Source of the DNA: Bacillota bacterium
GTDB lineage: Bacteria > Bacillota > Desulfitobacteriia > Desulfitobacteriales > JAJXUE01
Reading direction: 5' to 3'
Assembly: GCA_021783135.1 (NCBI GenBank)
Contig: JAJXUE010000010.1
Span: 4,115-68,114 of the forward strand
Length of the DNA: 64,000 nucleotides
The position numbers and the translations under genes are program-made. Shown piece after piece: positions 54,582 to 64,000 of the stretch. How positions within the stretch are numbered: position 1 is the first letter of the stretch; each line of letters begins with the position of its first letter. A model generated the notes under the pieces. It did not search any database. It was not told the origin of the DNA and saw only the letters and a list, made by a program, of their open reading frames with translations.

Positions 54582-54637
54582 GCTAAACCCGGCAAGATGC
54601 GGTGTTGCTCCCTTTGGCAAGATTAGGGGGGAGAAAT

Positions 54638-56695
54638 TTGTACACCAGTATGCTCATGCGTAAACGGGTAGCCTTAATTTTTTTAGTTATGATCGTTTGT
54701 TTTAGTATCATTATCGGCAGGCTGGTTTATGTTCAAGTTGCGCATGGAGCGGCGCTGCGCAAGATTGCGGATGAATACCACTTTCGCGGGGTGCCGGTGT
54801 CTCCCAAACGGGGTGACATTGAAGATCGTAACGGCAACAAATTAGGGACAAGTATCAGCACCGAGACTGTTTATGCCATTCCGGCTGAGGTGCGTACCTC
54901 AGGCCGGCAACAAGAAATTGCCCAACGGCTTGCCCCACTATTAGGTATGAAGGAACAAGATACGCTAACTCGGTTGACACGCCGCAGTTCGTTAGAATAT
55001 TTGAAAAAACGCGTTGACAGCAAAGTGGCTGCTCAAGTGCGGGCGATGGATTTGCCCGGTGTCTGGACGACAGAAGAAAGTCAACGTTACTACCCACACG
55101 GAACCTTAGCTGCTCACATTATTGGTTTTGCCGGAGTTGACAATCAAGGTTTAGAGGGCTTAGAGCTATCGCGCGATAAGGATTTAAAAGGAACCCCGGG
55201 CAGCATCTTGACCGAATATACTGCCGGGGGAATTCGTATCCCGGGCGGGGGGCATAGTTATATTCCGCCCCAGCAGGGTAATACCGTCAAGCTCACTATC
55301 GACGCCAATATCCAAGCCTTTGCCGAGCGTGAGCTGGACAAATTAATGAGTGGACAAGGTAAAAATTTAAACGGGCAAATACCAAAAAATGCTTCGATCT
55401 TGGTCATGCAGCCTAAAACCGGAGAAATGCTGGCCTTGGCAACTCGACCGACCTTTGATCCCAATAATTATAAAGCGTATGATCTTGCAACTCGCCGTAA
55501 TATTGCGGTGCAAAATGGGTACGAACCAGGATCTACTTTTAAAATCATTACTTTGGCAGCTGCGCTACAAGAACAGAAGATTAAACCTAGTGAAACTTAT
55601 ACCGATCCGGGCGCTTATACTGTACTGGGCAAAGCTATCAGGTGTTGGAAAAAGGGTGGCCACGGTACCCAGACTTTTGTCCAAGTGGCTGAGAATTCCT
55701 GCAATCCCGGCTTTGTGGAGATGGGTCAACGGTTGGGCATGAATAAGTTTTACAGTTATTTATATAGTTTTGGCTTTGGCCGCAAAACCGGAATTGAGAT
55801 GTCTGGAGAAGCTAAGGGGATTATTGCCAACAAAAAGCGAGCTACAGCCTTGGACTTGGCGACGATGTCGATTGGGCAGACTAATAATGTCACTCCAATT
55901 CAACTTATTACTGCTGTAGCGGCAGTTGCTAACGGCGGGGAGTTGCTGAAGCCGCAGCTGGTCAAAGAAATCGTCAGCCCCAGCGGCAAAGTTGTGCAAC
56001 CGTTTACAGTACAAAAAGTACGCCGCGTGATTGATCCTGCTATCTCGCAGCTGGAACGGCAGATTCTTGAATCAGTCGTAACTAACGGTACCGGGCGAAG
56101 AGCGTTCTTACCCGGCTATCGCGTAGCCGGTAAAACCGGCACTGCGCAAAAGGTTATTAACGGGCGTTATGCCGAAGGGGAATATGTCGCATCGTTTGTG
56201 GCCTTTGCCCCCGCCAACGATCCGCAGCTTGTCGTCCTCGCGGTGATCGACGGCGTGCGAGATTATGGCGGGATGGTAGCCTCTCCGGTGGTGCAAGGGG
56301 TGTTGTTGGACAGTCTGAAGTATTTGGGTATTAAGCCTCAGCCGGATGCACCGCAAACTCCGAAACCGCTGTATGGGTTAGAGGTTCAGCCGGTAAAAGC
56401 GGGTACCACTGTTCCGAGTGTAACCGGTCTGACGTTTAGCGAGGCCGAAAAATTAATCAAACAAGCTAAATTAAACATGGCAATCGAGGGTCAGGGACCG
56501 GAGGTAATTCAAACAATCCCCGGTGGAGGTGCGCTGGTGGCGGAGGGGACCACAGTGTTGGTTCAACTCGGGAACCAAGGTGATAAACCGGCATTCGCAC
56601 CGTTTTACGACGCAGAAGGAGTGGATGAAGATATTAGTGTCATCCAGCAATTGCAACGTAAAGTACCTGATGTCCTATCCCGGTTACAGGACTGA
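54638..56695 (+). CDS. class B penicillin-binding protein (FtsI/PBP2B/SpoVD-type) with C-terminal PASTA domain
   Basis: Transpeptidase motifs STFK, SCN and KTGTA. PASTA region VPSVTGLTFSEAEKLIKQAKL. Start is uncertain (TTG 54638 after AGGGGGGAG; the track ORF starts at 54602). Confidence 0.9.
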   Translation: MYTSMLMRKRVALIFLVMIVCFSIIIGRLVYVQVAHGAALRKIADEYHFRGVPVSPKRGDIEDRNGNKLGTSISTETVYAIPAEVRTSGRQQEIAQRLAPLLGMKEQDTLTRLTRRSSLEYLKKRVDSKVAAQVRAMDLPGVWTTEESQRYYPHGTLAAHIIGFAGVDNQGLEGLELSRDKDLKGTPGSILTEYTAGGIRIPGGGHSYIPPQQGNTVKLTIDANIQAFAERELDKLMSGQGKNLNGQIPKNASILVMQPKTGEMLALATRPTFDPNNYKAYDLATRRNIAVQNGYEPGSTFKIITLAAALQEQKIKPSETYTDPGAYTVLGKAIRCWKKGGHGTQTFVQVAENSCNPGFVEMGQRLGMNKFYSYLYSFGFGRKTGIEMSGEAKGIIANKKRATALDLATMSIGQTNNVTPIQLITAVAAVANGGELLKPQLVKEIVSPSGKVVQPFTVQKVRRVIDPAISQLERQILESVVTNGTGRRAFLPGYRVAGKTGTAQKVINGRYAEGEYVASFVAFAPANDPQLVVLAVIDGVRDYGGMVASPVVQGVLLDSLKYLGIKPQPDAPQTPKPLYGLEVQPVKAGTTVPSVTGLTFSEAEKLIKQAKLNMAIEGQGPEVIQTIPGGGALVAEGTTVLVQLGNQGDKPAFAPFYDAEGVDEDISVIQQLQRKVPDVLSRLQD

Positions 56696-56840
56696 GGTTA
56701 CAATTATTTAGTTAATACTACATTTGTTGGCAAATGTACCCACTTACCGTAGACAACAAATGATGGTAAGTTTAAAAAAGTGCTAATTACTTAGTGCACC
56801 ATTGCAAACTATATTTTAAGTAAGGGAAGCGAAAGGTAGC

Positions 56841-58340
56841 ATGCATAGCGCACCGGTTAACCTAAATATCTTGCTCCAAGGCCATAACTTCTCATCGATA
56901 GGTAATATCAATATCGAGATAACCAGCATATGCTATGATTCCCGCATGGTTAAGCCCGGGGCTCTATTCGTGTGCATACCAGGACTAAAGGCGGACGGAC
57001 ATTCCTTTGCGACTAAGGCAGTGCAGCAAGGGGCGGTGGCCTTGGTTGTGGAACACTTCCTTGACTTGCCAGTAAGCCAAGTGAAGGTAAAGGACTCCCG
57101 TCAGGCGTTGGGCCTTTTGGCCGCAGCATTTTATCACTGGCCGTCTGACAGCCTGCGCCTAATCGGGATAACAGGTACTAACGGGAAAACTACTATCACC
57201 TATTTACTCGAACATGTCCTGCGCCGCGCCGCGCACAATATCGGCTTGATCGGCACTTTAGGGGCGAGAATCGGGGAAACTGAATTTCCCGGCACGCGCA
57301 CGACACCGGAAGCTTCGGATCTGCAGGGGCTTTTAGCGACAATGGTGCAGCGCCAAGCGGAGTATGTCGTGATGGAAGTGTCCTCACATGCGCTGGAATT
57401 GCATCGTACGTCAGGGTGTGAATATGACGTGGCAGTGTTTACTAATTTGACTCAGGATCATCTCGATTTTCATCAAACCATGGAACAGTATCTGGCTGCC
57501 AAGGCGAAGCTGTTGGCGGGACTGGACGATAATCCTCGCAAACAGGGCCGAAAGTACGCAGTAATCAATGCGGATGATGCCGCAGCACCTGAACTATGCG
57601 CCAAGACTACGGCCAAGGTTTTGACTTACGGTTTGCAGGCGGGCGCAGTTTATCGCGCGGTAAATGTGCAAAATACGGCCGCCGGGGTGAGCTTTGAGGT
57701 AGTATATCCGGGCGGCACGTTGGAGCTGAAATTGCAAACTCCTGGATTGTTCACGGTTTATAATGCTTTAGCGGCATTTGCTGTCGGGATCGAAGAGCAA
57801 CTTGATCCCAGTCACTTGGCTATCGCGTTGAGTGAAATGACCGGGGTGCCGGGGCGTTTCGAAACGGTAAGCGGAAAACAACCATTTAACGTTATCGTCG
57901 ACTATGCTCATACGCCTGACGGGTTGGAGAATGTGCTTAAGACAGCGCGGGGCTTTTGTCAGGGCAAAGTAATAGCAGTTTTTGGCTGCGGCGGTGACCG
58001 CGACAAAACCAAACGGCCGGTTATGGGTAGGATTGCGGGCAGTTTGGCGGACGTGGCCATAGTTACCTCTGATAACCCGCGTACAGAACAGCCGAACGCC
58101 ATAATAGCAGATATTATAGCCGGGATAAAAGAGATTACCCAGGATTTTATTACTGAACCTGATCGCGGTACCGCCATAAACTTGGCGTGCGCGATGGCTG
58201 ATAAGGGCGACTTGGTATTAATTGCGGGTAAGGGGCACGAAGATTATCAAGAGATTTGTGGCATAAAGTATCCCTTTGATGACCGTGAAGTGGCCAGAGC
58301 ATGCCTGGAGAGGATGGGTTATGGAAAAGATAACGCTTGA
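56841..58340 (+). CDS. murE: UDP-N-acetylmuramoyl-L-alanyl-D-glutamate--2,6-diaminopimelate ligase
   Basis: GITGTNGKTT P-loop and the DNPR motif (TSDNPRTE) that specifies meso-DAP-adding MurE. Confidence 0.9.
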   Translation: MHSAPVNLNILLQGHNFSSIGNINIEITSICYDSRMVKPGALFVCIPGLKADGHSFATKAVQQGAVALVVEHFLDLPVSQVKVKDSRQALGLLAAAFYHWPSDSLRLIGITGTNGKTTITYLLEHVLRRAAHNIGLIGTLGARIGETEFPGTRTTPEASDLQGLLATMVQRQAEYVVMEVSSHALELHRTSGCEYDVAVFTNLTQDHLDFHQTMEQYLAAKAKLLAGLDDNPRKQGRKYAVINADDAAAPELCAKTTAKVLTYGLQAGAVYRAVNVQNTAAGVSFEVVYPGGTLELKLQTPGLFTVYNALAAFAVGIEEQLDPSHLAIALSEMTGVPGRFETVSGKQPFNVIVDYAHTPDGLENVLKTARGFCQGKVIAVFGCGGDRDKTKRPVMGRIAGSLADVAIVTSDNPRTEQPNAIIADIIAGIKEITQDFITEPDRGTAINLACAMADKGDLVLIAGKGHEDYQEICGIKYPFDDREVARACLERMGYGKDNA

Positions 58341-59721
58341 AAAAATAGCCCGTTATGCTGAAGGACAGGTATATGGCAGGGCTGATCTAACAATTGCTGG
58401 CGTGCAAATAGACTCGCGTCACGTGGGCAAAGAGGATTTATTTGTCGCGCTGACTGGGGAAAATGTAGACGGGCATGCTTTTGTTTTTGCAGCCCTGGAT
58501 ACGTGTGATGCCGCGCTTGTTGCGCGTGAGTGGGCAGAAGCCAACAGCCCTAAACTCCCCGCGGGTAAAGGACTGGTGGTTGTGGAGGAAACACTAAGCG
58601 CATTGCAGAACCTGGCACATCGTTATCGGCAACGTTTTCACATCCCTATAATCGGAGTAACAGGGAGTTCTGGTAAGACCACGACTAAGGATATGATTGC
58701 CTCTGTTCTGGGTGCCAAATTTAGCGTGCACAAGACCAAAGCTAATTTTAACAACGAGTTAGGTCTGCCGCTCTCTCTTTTAGGTATCGAACCAGACCAT
58801 CAAGCCGCAGTTGTAGAAATGGGGATGCGGGGGCTGGGGGAGATTGGCTTTTTGGCAGAGTTAGCCGAGCCAACTATCGGCGTAATTACGAATGTCGGTG
58901 AAACCCACCTGGAGCTTTTGGGTAGCCAAGCTAACATCGCTTCAGCCAAGGGTGAACTGTTACGCGCCTTGCCTTCGGATGGGATTGCAATCTTAAACGG
59001 GGACGATGTCTGGTGCCGCACTCTGGCAAGTGAGCTCGAATGTAGCGTGCTTTATTATGGCCTTAATGACGGGGTGTTGGATCTGGTTGCCAGGTCAGTA
59101 ACACCGATGGGGGAACATGGGACGCGTTTTACAGCAGTTTGGCTGGGTCAAACCGAGGTGGAAGTGCTTCTGCCGTTGCCGGGACGTCATAACGTCGCCA
59201 ATGCATTGGCAGCAATGTGTGTGGGATTAAGCCTGGGGATGGATTTAGCTGCGTGCGCCAAGGGGCTAGAGGAAATACAATTGACCGGCATGCGCCTGGA
59301 AATATGTGCCGGACCATGGCAAAGTACAATAATCAATGATACCTATAACGCTAATCCTGACTCCACCAAGGCATCTCTGCAGGTCTTGGCTGAAAGTGGT
59401 CTGACAAGTCCCAAAATAGCGGTTTTGGGCAGTATGCTGGAGTTGGGCAGTGCGACTGAACCGGGACACAGGCAGGTAGGGGAATTTGCCGCGACAGTTC
59501 CTGATTTGGCCTATCTGATTACAGTGGGCGAGTTTGCCCGGTTTATTGCTCTCGGGGCCGAACAAGCTGGTTTGCCGTCTGATAAAATTCATGCATTTAT
59601 GGACACACAGCAAGCGGTCAGTTGGCTGGAGAACCACCCGATTCAGGATGCCTGGATTCTGGTCAAGGGTTCACGCGGTATGGAAATGGAACGGATTGTA
59701 CAAGCTTTGAGTGCGATTTGA
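58321..59721 (+). CDS. murF: UDP-N-acetylmuramoyl-tripeptide--D-alanyl-D-alanine ligase
   Basis: GVTGSSGKTTTKD P-loop and a Mur ligase C-terminal domain. ATG 58321 overlaps the murE 3' end by 20 nt. Confidence 0.9.
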   Translation: MEKITLEKIARYAEGQVYGRADLTIAGVQIDSRHVGKEDLFVALTGENVDGHAFVFAALDTCDAALVAREWAEANSPKLPAGKGLVVVEETLSALQNLAHRYRQRFHIPIIGVTGSSGKTTTKDMIASVLGAKFSVHKTKANFNNELGLPLSLLGIEPDHQAAVVEMGMRGLGEIGFLAELAEPTIGVITNVGETHLELLGSQANIASAKGELLRALPSDGIAILNGDDVWCRTLASELECSVLYYGLNDGVLDLVARSVTPMGEHGTRFTAVWLGQTEVEVLLPLPGRHNVANALAAMCVGLSLGMDLAACAKGLEEIQLTGMRLEICAGPWQSTIINDTYNANPDSTKASLQVLAESGLTSPKIAVLGSMLELGSATEPGHRQVGEFAATVPDLAYLITVGEFARFIALGAEQAGLPSDKIHAFMDTQQAVSWLENHPIQDAWILVKGSRGMEMERIVQALSAI

Positions 59722-59743
59722 CATAAAGCATAGGGAGGAACCG

Positions 59744-60742
59744 ATGGAAAGATTGCTCACTGCCCTCGTTGCAGCATTTTTAATATGTTTGATGATTGGA
59801 CCTTTCGTTATCCCTTTGTTGCGTGCGTTCAAGTTTGGACAGAATATAAGGGATGATGGACCGCAAAGTCACTTGAAAAAAGCAGGTACGCCGACCATGG
59901 GCGGTTTAATCATGTTAAGCGGAATTATCGGGGGCACCCTTTTGGCGGCTGAGCGACCGATTTCGCCGGAAATCGCCCTGCTTTTACTTTTCTTGGTTGG
60001 TTTCGCTCTGATTGGTTTTCTGGATGATTTCATTAAGATTGTGAAGAAGCGCTCTTTAGGCTTGCGTGCCTATCAGAAGTTTTTAGCGCAAGTTATGCTG
60101 TCAATTGTCTTTGCTTGGGTTGCCGTGAATTATCTGGGACGCGGCACGGATATTGCGATACCGTTTACATATTTAAGGATTGACCTGGGGCATTGGTACT
60201 ATCTGTTTGCCATTGTGGTCGTTTTGGCAACGACGAACGCCGTAAATTTCACGGATGGCTTGGACGGTTTGGCTTCAGGCTGCGTGTTTACCACGAGTAT
60301 TGCGTACAGTGTGATAGCTTTAATGGCCATTACTCAGGGTGTGGGAATACTTACGCATGACTTTGACCTTGGGGTGTATGCTGTGGCCTTGGCAGGAGCG
60401 TGTCTAGGATTTTTGCGGTTTAATCACCATCCGGCGCAAGTATTTATGGGGGATACCGGGTCACTTGCCTTAGGCGGTGCCTTGGCCTCTTTAGCTATTT
60501 TAACGAAAACGGAACTCTTGTTAGTATTAATGGGAGGGATATATGTATTAGAGGTACTTTCTGTCATCATTCAAGTAGCATCGTTTAAAATCAGGGGCAA
60601 ACGAGTCTTTAAAATGGCGCCGTTGCACCATCATTTTGAATTGGTGGGCTGGAGTGAAACGAGAGTAGTATATACCTTTTGGACAGTGTGCGCCGCGTTA
60701 GGCGCCATAGGAGTAATCAGTTATACTGCTATGTTAAGGTAG
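59744..60742 (+). CDS. mraY: phospho-N-acetylmuramoyl-pentapeptide transferase
   Basis: KAGTPTMGG, NAVNFTDGLDGLA, MGDTGSLALGG, APLHHHFE. Confidence 0.95.
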   Translation: MERLLTALVAAFLICLMIGPFVIPLLRAFKFGQNIRDDGPQSHLKKAGTPTMGGLIMLSGIIGGTLLAAERPISPEIALLLLFLVGFALIGFLDDFIKIVKKRSLGLRAYQKFLAQVMLSIVFAWVAVNYLGRGTDIAIPFTYLRIDLGHWYYLFAIVVVLATTNAVNFTDGLDGLASGCVFTTSIAYSVIALMAITQGVGILTHDFDLGVYAVALAGACLGFLRFNHHPAQVFMGDTGSLALGGALASLAILTKTELLLVLMGGIYVLEVLSVIIQVASFKIRGKRVFKMAPLHHHFELVGWSETRVVYTFWTVCAALGAIGVISYTAMLR

Positions 60743-60745
60743 GAG

Positions 60746-62116
60746 ATGAAACGAGTTACCATGGATTTTCGCAATAAAAAAGTTCTGGTGATAGGCTTGG
60801 CTCGCAGTGGTATTGCCGCTGCCAAGGTGTTAGCCACGCAAGGGGCTCAGGTGTGGGCAACGGACAGCAAGTCTGCAGACAGACTTGAGCTGAGCGAGTT
60901 GTCCGGCCCGAACGTGACGGTTATGGCCGGCAGTTATCCTAACGTGGCTGAGTTGAAGCCGGACTTTTTGATCTTAAGCCCCGGAGTGCCGCATAACATT
61001 CCACCGATCCAGGCTGCGCTGACGTTGGGCATACCTTTGTGGAGTGAAATCGAACTGGCGTATCATTTAACTGAGACGCCGATTATCGCTATTACCGGCA
61101 CCAATGGCAAAACTACCACAACAGCTCTGTTGGGGCAGATATTCGTTGATGCCGGGCGTGTAGTCACGGTCGGAGGTAATATTGGCCGAGCCTTGACGCA
61201 AGAAATAACGGATATGGCCGCCGCAGATGTAATTGTCGCCGAGGTTTCCAGTTTTCAGTTGGAATGTGTCGAGGCGTTTCGGCCCAAAGTTGCGGTCGTA
61301 ACTAATATCACGCCGGACCACTTGGATCGGCACGGGAACATAGCCAATTATATTGCGGCGAAGGCTAACATTCTGGCTAAGCAAACAAGTGCTGATTGGG
61401 CTATTCTGAATTATGATGATGCTTTGGTGCGTGGATTATCCGGCGGCGGGCAAAAAATCTATTTTAGTCAACGCGAGGTTCTGGCAGAAGGGATATGTCT
61501 CCAAGCAGATTGGCTGGTGATCAGGCAATCAGGTTGCGAGCTTCCGGTTATACGGCGACAGGATATTCTGATGCGCGGTAATCATAATCTGGAAAATGCT
61601 ATGGCGGCCACGGCTGCCGCTTGGGTTATGGGTGTTCAACCCGCCCAGATTGCTGCGACACTGCGTAGTTTCCGTGGGGTAGAGCACCGTCAGGAACTGG
61701 TAGCCCAAATTAACGGTGTAAGTTATGTCAACGATTCAAAAGGCACAAACCCTGATGCGGCGATTAAGGCCTTGGAAGCTTTTGCAGAGCCAATTGTCCT
61801 GATTGCCGGGGGTAAGAATAAAGGGTGTGATTTTGCCGAATTTATGGCCGTAGTCAAAAACAAGGTGAAAGAGCTGGTCCTAGTAGGTATGGCTGCGGAC
61901 GAAATGGCAGATGCAGCATATCGGCAAGGAGTGTTGCGTATTCACAGGGCTGATGACTATGCATGTGCTGTGGACACAGCAGCAGCTTTGGCTGTGCCCG
62001 GTGATGTAGTTTTACTGTCGCCGGCGTGTACGAGCTGGGATATGTTTAACAGTTACGAGGAAAGAGGAGACCTATTTAAAGAATTGGTCCGGAAGAGACT
62101 TCAGGACAAAGCGTAG
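60746..62116 (+). CDS. murD: UDP-N-acetylmuramoylalanine--D-glutamate ligase
   Basis: VIGLARSG N-terminal fold, ITGTNGKTTT P-loop, and position in the dcw order. Confidence 0.9.
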   Translation: MKRVTMDFRNKKVLVIGLARSGIAAAKVLATQGAQVWATDSKSADRLELSELSGPNVTVMAGSYPNVAELKPDFLILSPGVPHNIPPIQAALTLGIPLWSEIELAYHLTETPIIAITGTNGKTTTTALLGQIFVDAGRVVTVGGNIGRALTQEITDMAAADVIVAEVSSFQLECVEAFRPKVAVVTNITPDHLDRHGNIANYIAAKANILAKQTSADWAILNYDDALVRGLSGGGQKIYFSQREVLAEGICLQADWLVIRQSGCELPVIRRQDILMRGNHNLENAMAATAAAWVMGVQPAQIAATLRSFRGVEHRQELVAQINGVSYVNDSKGTNPDAAIKALEAFAEPIVLIAGGKNKGCDFAEFMAVVKNKVKELVLVGMAADEMADAAYRQGVLRIHRADDYACAVDTAAALAVPGDVVLLSPACTSWDMFNSYEERGDLFKELVRKRLQDKA

Positions 62117-62149
62117 ATAGGGTTCGGACCAACCATGGAGGTTGGGAAG

Positions 62150-63256
62150 ATGCAGGATGCCAACAGGCATAAACCGGATTACGTATTGTTAATTACTGTC
62201 TTAGCCCTACTGGCGCTGGGCGTAGTGATGGTGTATAGTGCCAGCGCGGTTAAGGCTCACCTGGAGTTTGATGATCCGTTTCACTTTCTCAAACTACAAT
62301 TGCTGTGGTCGGCGTTAGGGATTGCCACGCTTGTACTGGGTATGAACATTGACTATGGGTGGCTCCGGGCATATGCAAAACCACTTTTGTATGTCGGCCT
62401 GATTTTATTGGTAATGGTTAAGATTCCCGGCGTCGGGCGTGAAGTCAATGGCGCAGTGCGCTGGATCGGACTAGGCCCGTTGTCGTTGCAACCATCGGAA
62501 GTAATTAAGCTGGCAATGGTCATCTTTTTGGCGAAAGTGTTAGCGGTAAAACCGGAAAAAATTCGCTTCTTTTTCAAAGGCTTACTGCCCCCGCTTGGTT
62601 TGCTGGTCGTAATCGCGGGGTTGATAATGCTGCAACCTGATTTGGGTACCACCCTGGTTATCGCAGGCACAACCTTTATGGTGTTAATTGCCGCGGGGGC
62701 TAGGTGGGGACATATTGCTGCCTTAGGGTCTGCCGGTGTTGGACTGGTGGTTCTGGCTATCGCCGCTGCACCCTACCGAATGAAAAGAATTCTAGCCTTC
62801 CTTGATCCGTGGGCTGACCCCAGCGGTAAGGGTTATCAGACTATTCATGCTTTACTGGCCTTGGGTTCGGGCGGATTATTCGGTCTGGGCTTTGGCCAAA
62901 GCCGGCAAAAATTTCTCTATTTACCGGAAAGCCATACCGACTTTATTTTTGCGATTATTGGTGAAGAACTAGGTATTCTGGGTGCTGCCGTAATTGCGAT
63001 TCTCTTTGTGATCTTTGCTTGGCGAGGTTATAAAATTGCGATGGCGGCACCAGATCCTTTTGCTTGCCTCTTAGGTGTCGGTGTGACTTCGATGATCGTT
63101 ATTCAGGCTGGGATAAATATTGGTGTAGTGAGCGGTTTACTGCCTGTAACAGGTATCACCCTGCCGTTTATCAGTTATGGGGGCTCCTCGTTGTTGTTTA
63201 CCATGGCTGCGGTGGGTATTCTGCTTAACCTGTCACGGTTTTCTAAGGTAACATAA
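62150..63256 (+). CDS. ftsW: SEDS-family peptidoglycan polymerase FtsW/SpoVE
   Basis: 10-TM SEDS protein. Motifs RWIGLGPLSLQPSE, PESHTDFIF and LPFISYGGSS. GGAGG SD precedes ATG 62150. Confidence 0.9.
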   Translation: MQDANRHKPDYVLLITVLALLALGVVMVYSASAVKAHLEFDDPFHFLKLQLLWSALGIATLVLGMNIDYGWLRAYAKPLLYVGLILLVMVKIPGVGREVNGAVRWIGLGPLSLQPSEVIKLAMVIFLAKVLAVKPEKIRFFFKGLLPPLGLLVVIAGLIMLQPDLGTTLVIAGTTFMVLIAAGARWGHIAALGSAGVGLVVLAIAAAPYRMKRILAFLDPWADPSGKGYQTIHALLALGSGGLFGLGFGQSRQKFLYLPESHTDFIFAIIGEELGILGAAVIAILFVIFAWRGYKIAMAAPDPFACLLGVGVTSMIVIQAGINIGVVSGLLPVTGITLPFISYGGSSLLFTMAAVGILLNLSRFSKVT

Positions 63257-63306
63257 CCTTTTGCCAGGCAGTCCATTTGACAAGAACCGATAAAAGGGGG
63301 ACAAAC

Positions 63307-64000
63307 ATGCGAGTAGTTCTAACCGGCGGTGGCACCGGGGGACATATTTATCCGGCGATTGCAATCGGACGTGATCTACAGCGGCGCGTTCCCGGAGTAG
63401 AGATAATATATATTGGCACGGACAAAGGATTAGAGGCGGATATTGTACCTAAAGAAGGTTTTGCGTTTCGCACGGTAGAAGTGGAGAGCCTGCCGCGTAC
63501 TTTGAGTGTGCAAACTGTGCGTACCGGCTATAAACTGGTCAGGGGATTGGTTGGGGCCAGAGGTATACTCCGTGACTTCAAGCCTGATATCGTAATCGGA
63601 ACCGGGGGCTATGTGTGCGGGCCGGTAGTTTTTGCGGCTGCCCGTATGGGTATTGCGACGGTAATTCATGAGCAAAATGCCTTGCCTGGTATCACTAACA
63701 AGCTTTTGGCCCGTTCCGCGCGGGCGGTTTTGCTGACTTTTCCAGAAAGTCGCCAATATTTTCCGGAGCGTGCCAACGTTGAAGTTACCGGCTTGCCTAT
63801 CCGACCTGGTATTCTAGCGGTTAAGCGTGAGGCGGGGATCGCAGCTTTGGGGCTTGATCCGAACAAATTTACGCTCTTTGCTACAGGTGGGAGCAGAGGC
63901 GCTAAAAGCATCAACCTCGCAATGGCAGATGTTATCGCGCACTTAATTGACCGGAGTGATATCCAAGTGGTGCTTGCTACAGGTACGGCCACCTATAACG
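63307..64000 (+). CDS. murG: UDP-N-acetylglucosamine--N-acetylmuramyl-(pentapeptide) pyrophosphoryl-undecaprenol GlcNAc transferase; 3' end beyond window
   Basis: Hand translation MRVVLTGGGTGGHIYPAIAIGRDLQRR... after an AAGGGGGA SD. It is not in the ORF track because no stop codon lies within the window. Confidence 0.9.
   Translation, partial: MRVVLTGGGTGGHIYPAIAIGRDLQRRVPGVEIIYIGTDKGLEADIVPKEGFAFRTVEVESLPRTLSVQTVRTGYKLVRGLVGARGILRDFKPDIVIGTGGYVCGPVVFAAARMGIATVIHEQNALPGITNKLLARSARAVLLTFPESRQYFPERANVEVTGLPIRPGILAVKREAGIAALGLDPNKFTLFATGGSRGAKSINLAMADVIAHLIDRSDIQVVLATGTATYN

Overview
This 64 kb window looks like core chromosome from a spore-forming, strictly anaerobic Firmicute. Gene content suggests a Peptococcaceae (Desulfotomaculum/Pelotomaculum-like) organism, but that is inference only because no database search was possible. 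Coding density is high. I saw no rRNA, tRNA, CRISPR array, transposase or prophage genes.

Main blocks:
- Rieske/cytochrome b genes with a divergent lipoprotein c-type cytochrome.
- Sporulation and division genes: mecA, a small Gin-like ORF, divIVA.
- Selenium genes: selA, and a selD that itself needs UGA-to-Sec recoding. The ORF track truncates selD at that codon.
- Bacillithiol genes bshC and bshA.
- A seven-gene hdrCBA-flxDCBA cluster.
- A TldD/PmbA pair, a MoxR/VWA pair, a ferredoxin and a Fur/PerR-like regulator.
- A SAM-I riboswitch in front of hom plus a short MetE-like zinc methyltransferase.
- A complete succinate/propionyl-CoA (methylmalonyl-CoA pathway) operon containing two unusual domain fusions.
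- The dcw cluster from mraZ to murG, with a clear MraZ operator.

The least explained signal is a tandem pair of about 193 nt non-coding-looking elements at 34.7-35.1 kb. The differences between the two copies preserve predicted base pairing. They lie upstream of a terminator-like hairpin and a gene for a GH2-like, probably inactive, ectodomain fused to a polytopic membrane domain.

All product calls rest on motif recognition and remembered family features. Start codons were chosen from Shine-Dalgarno spacing read by eye.
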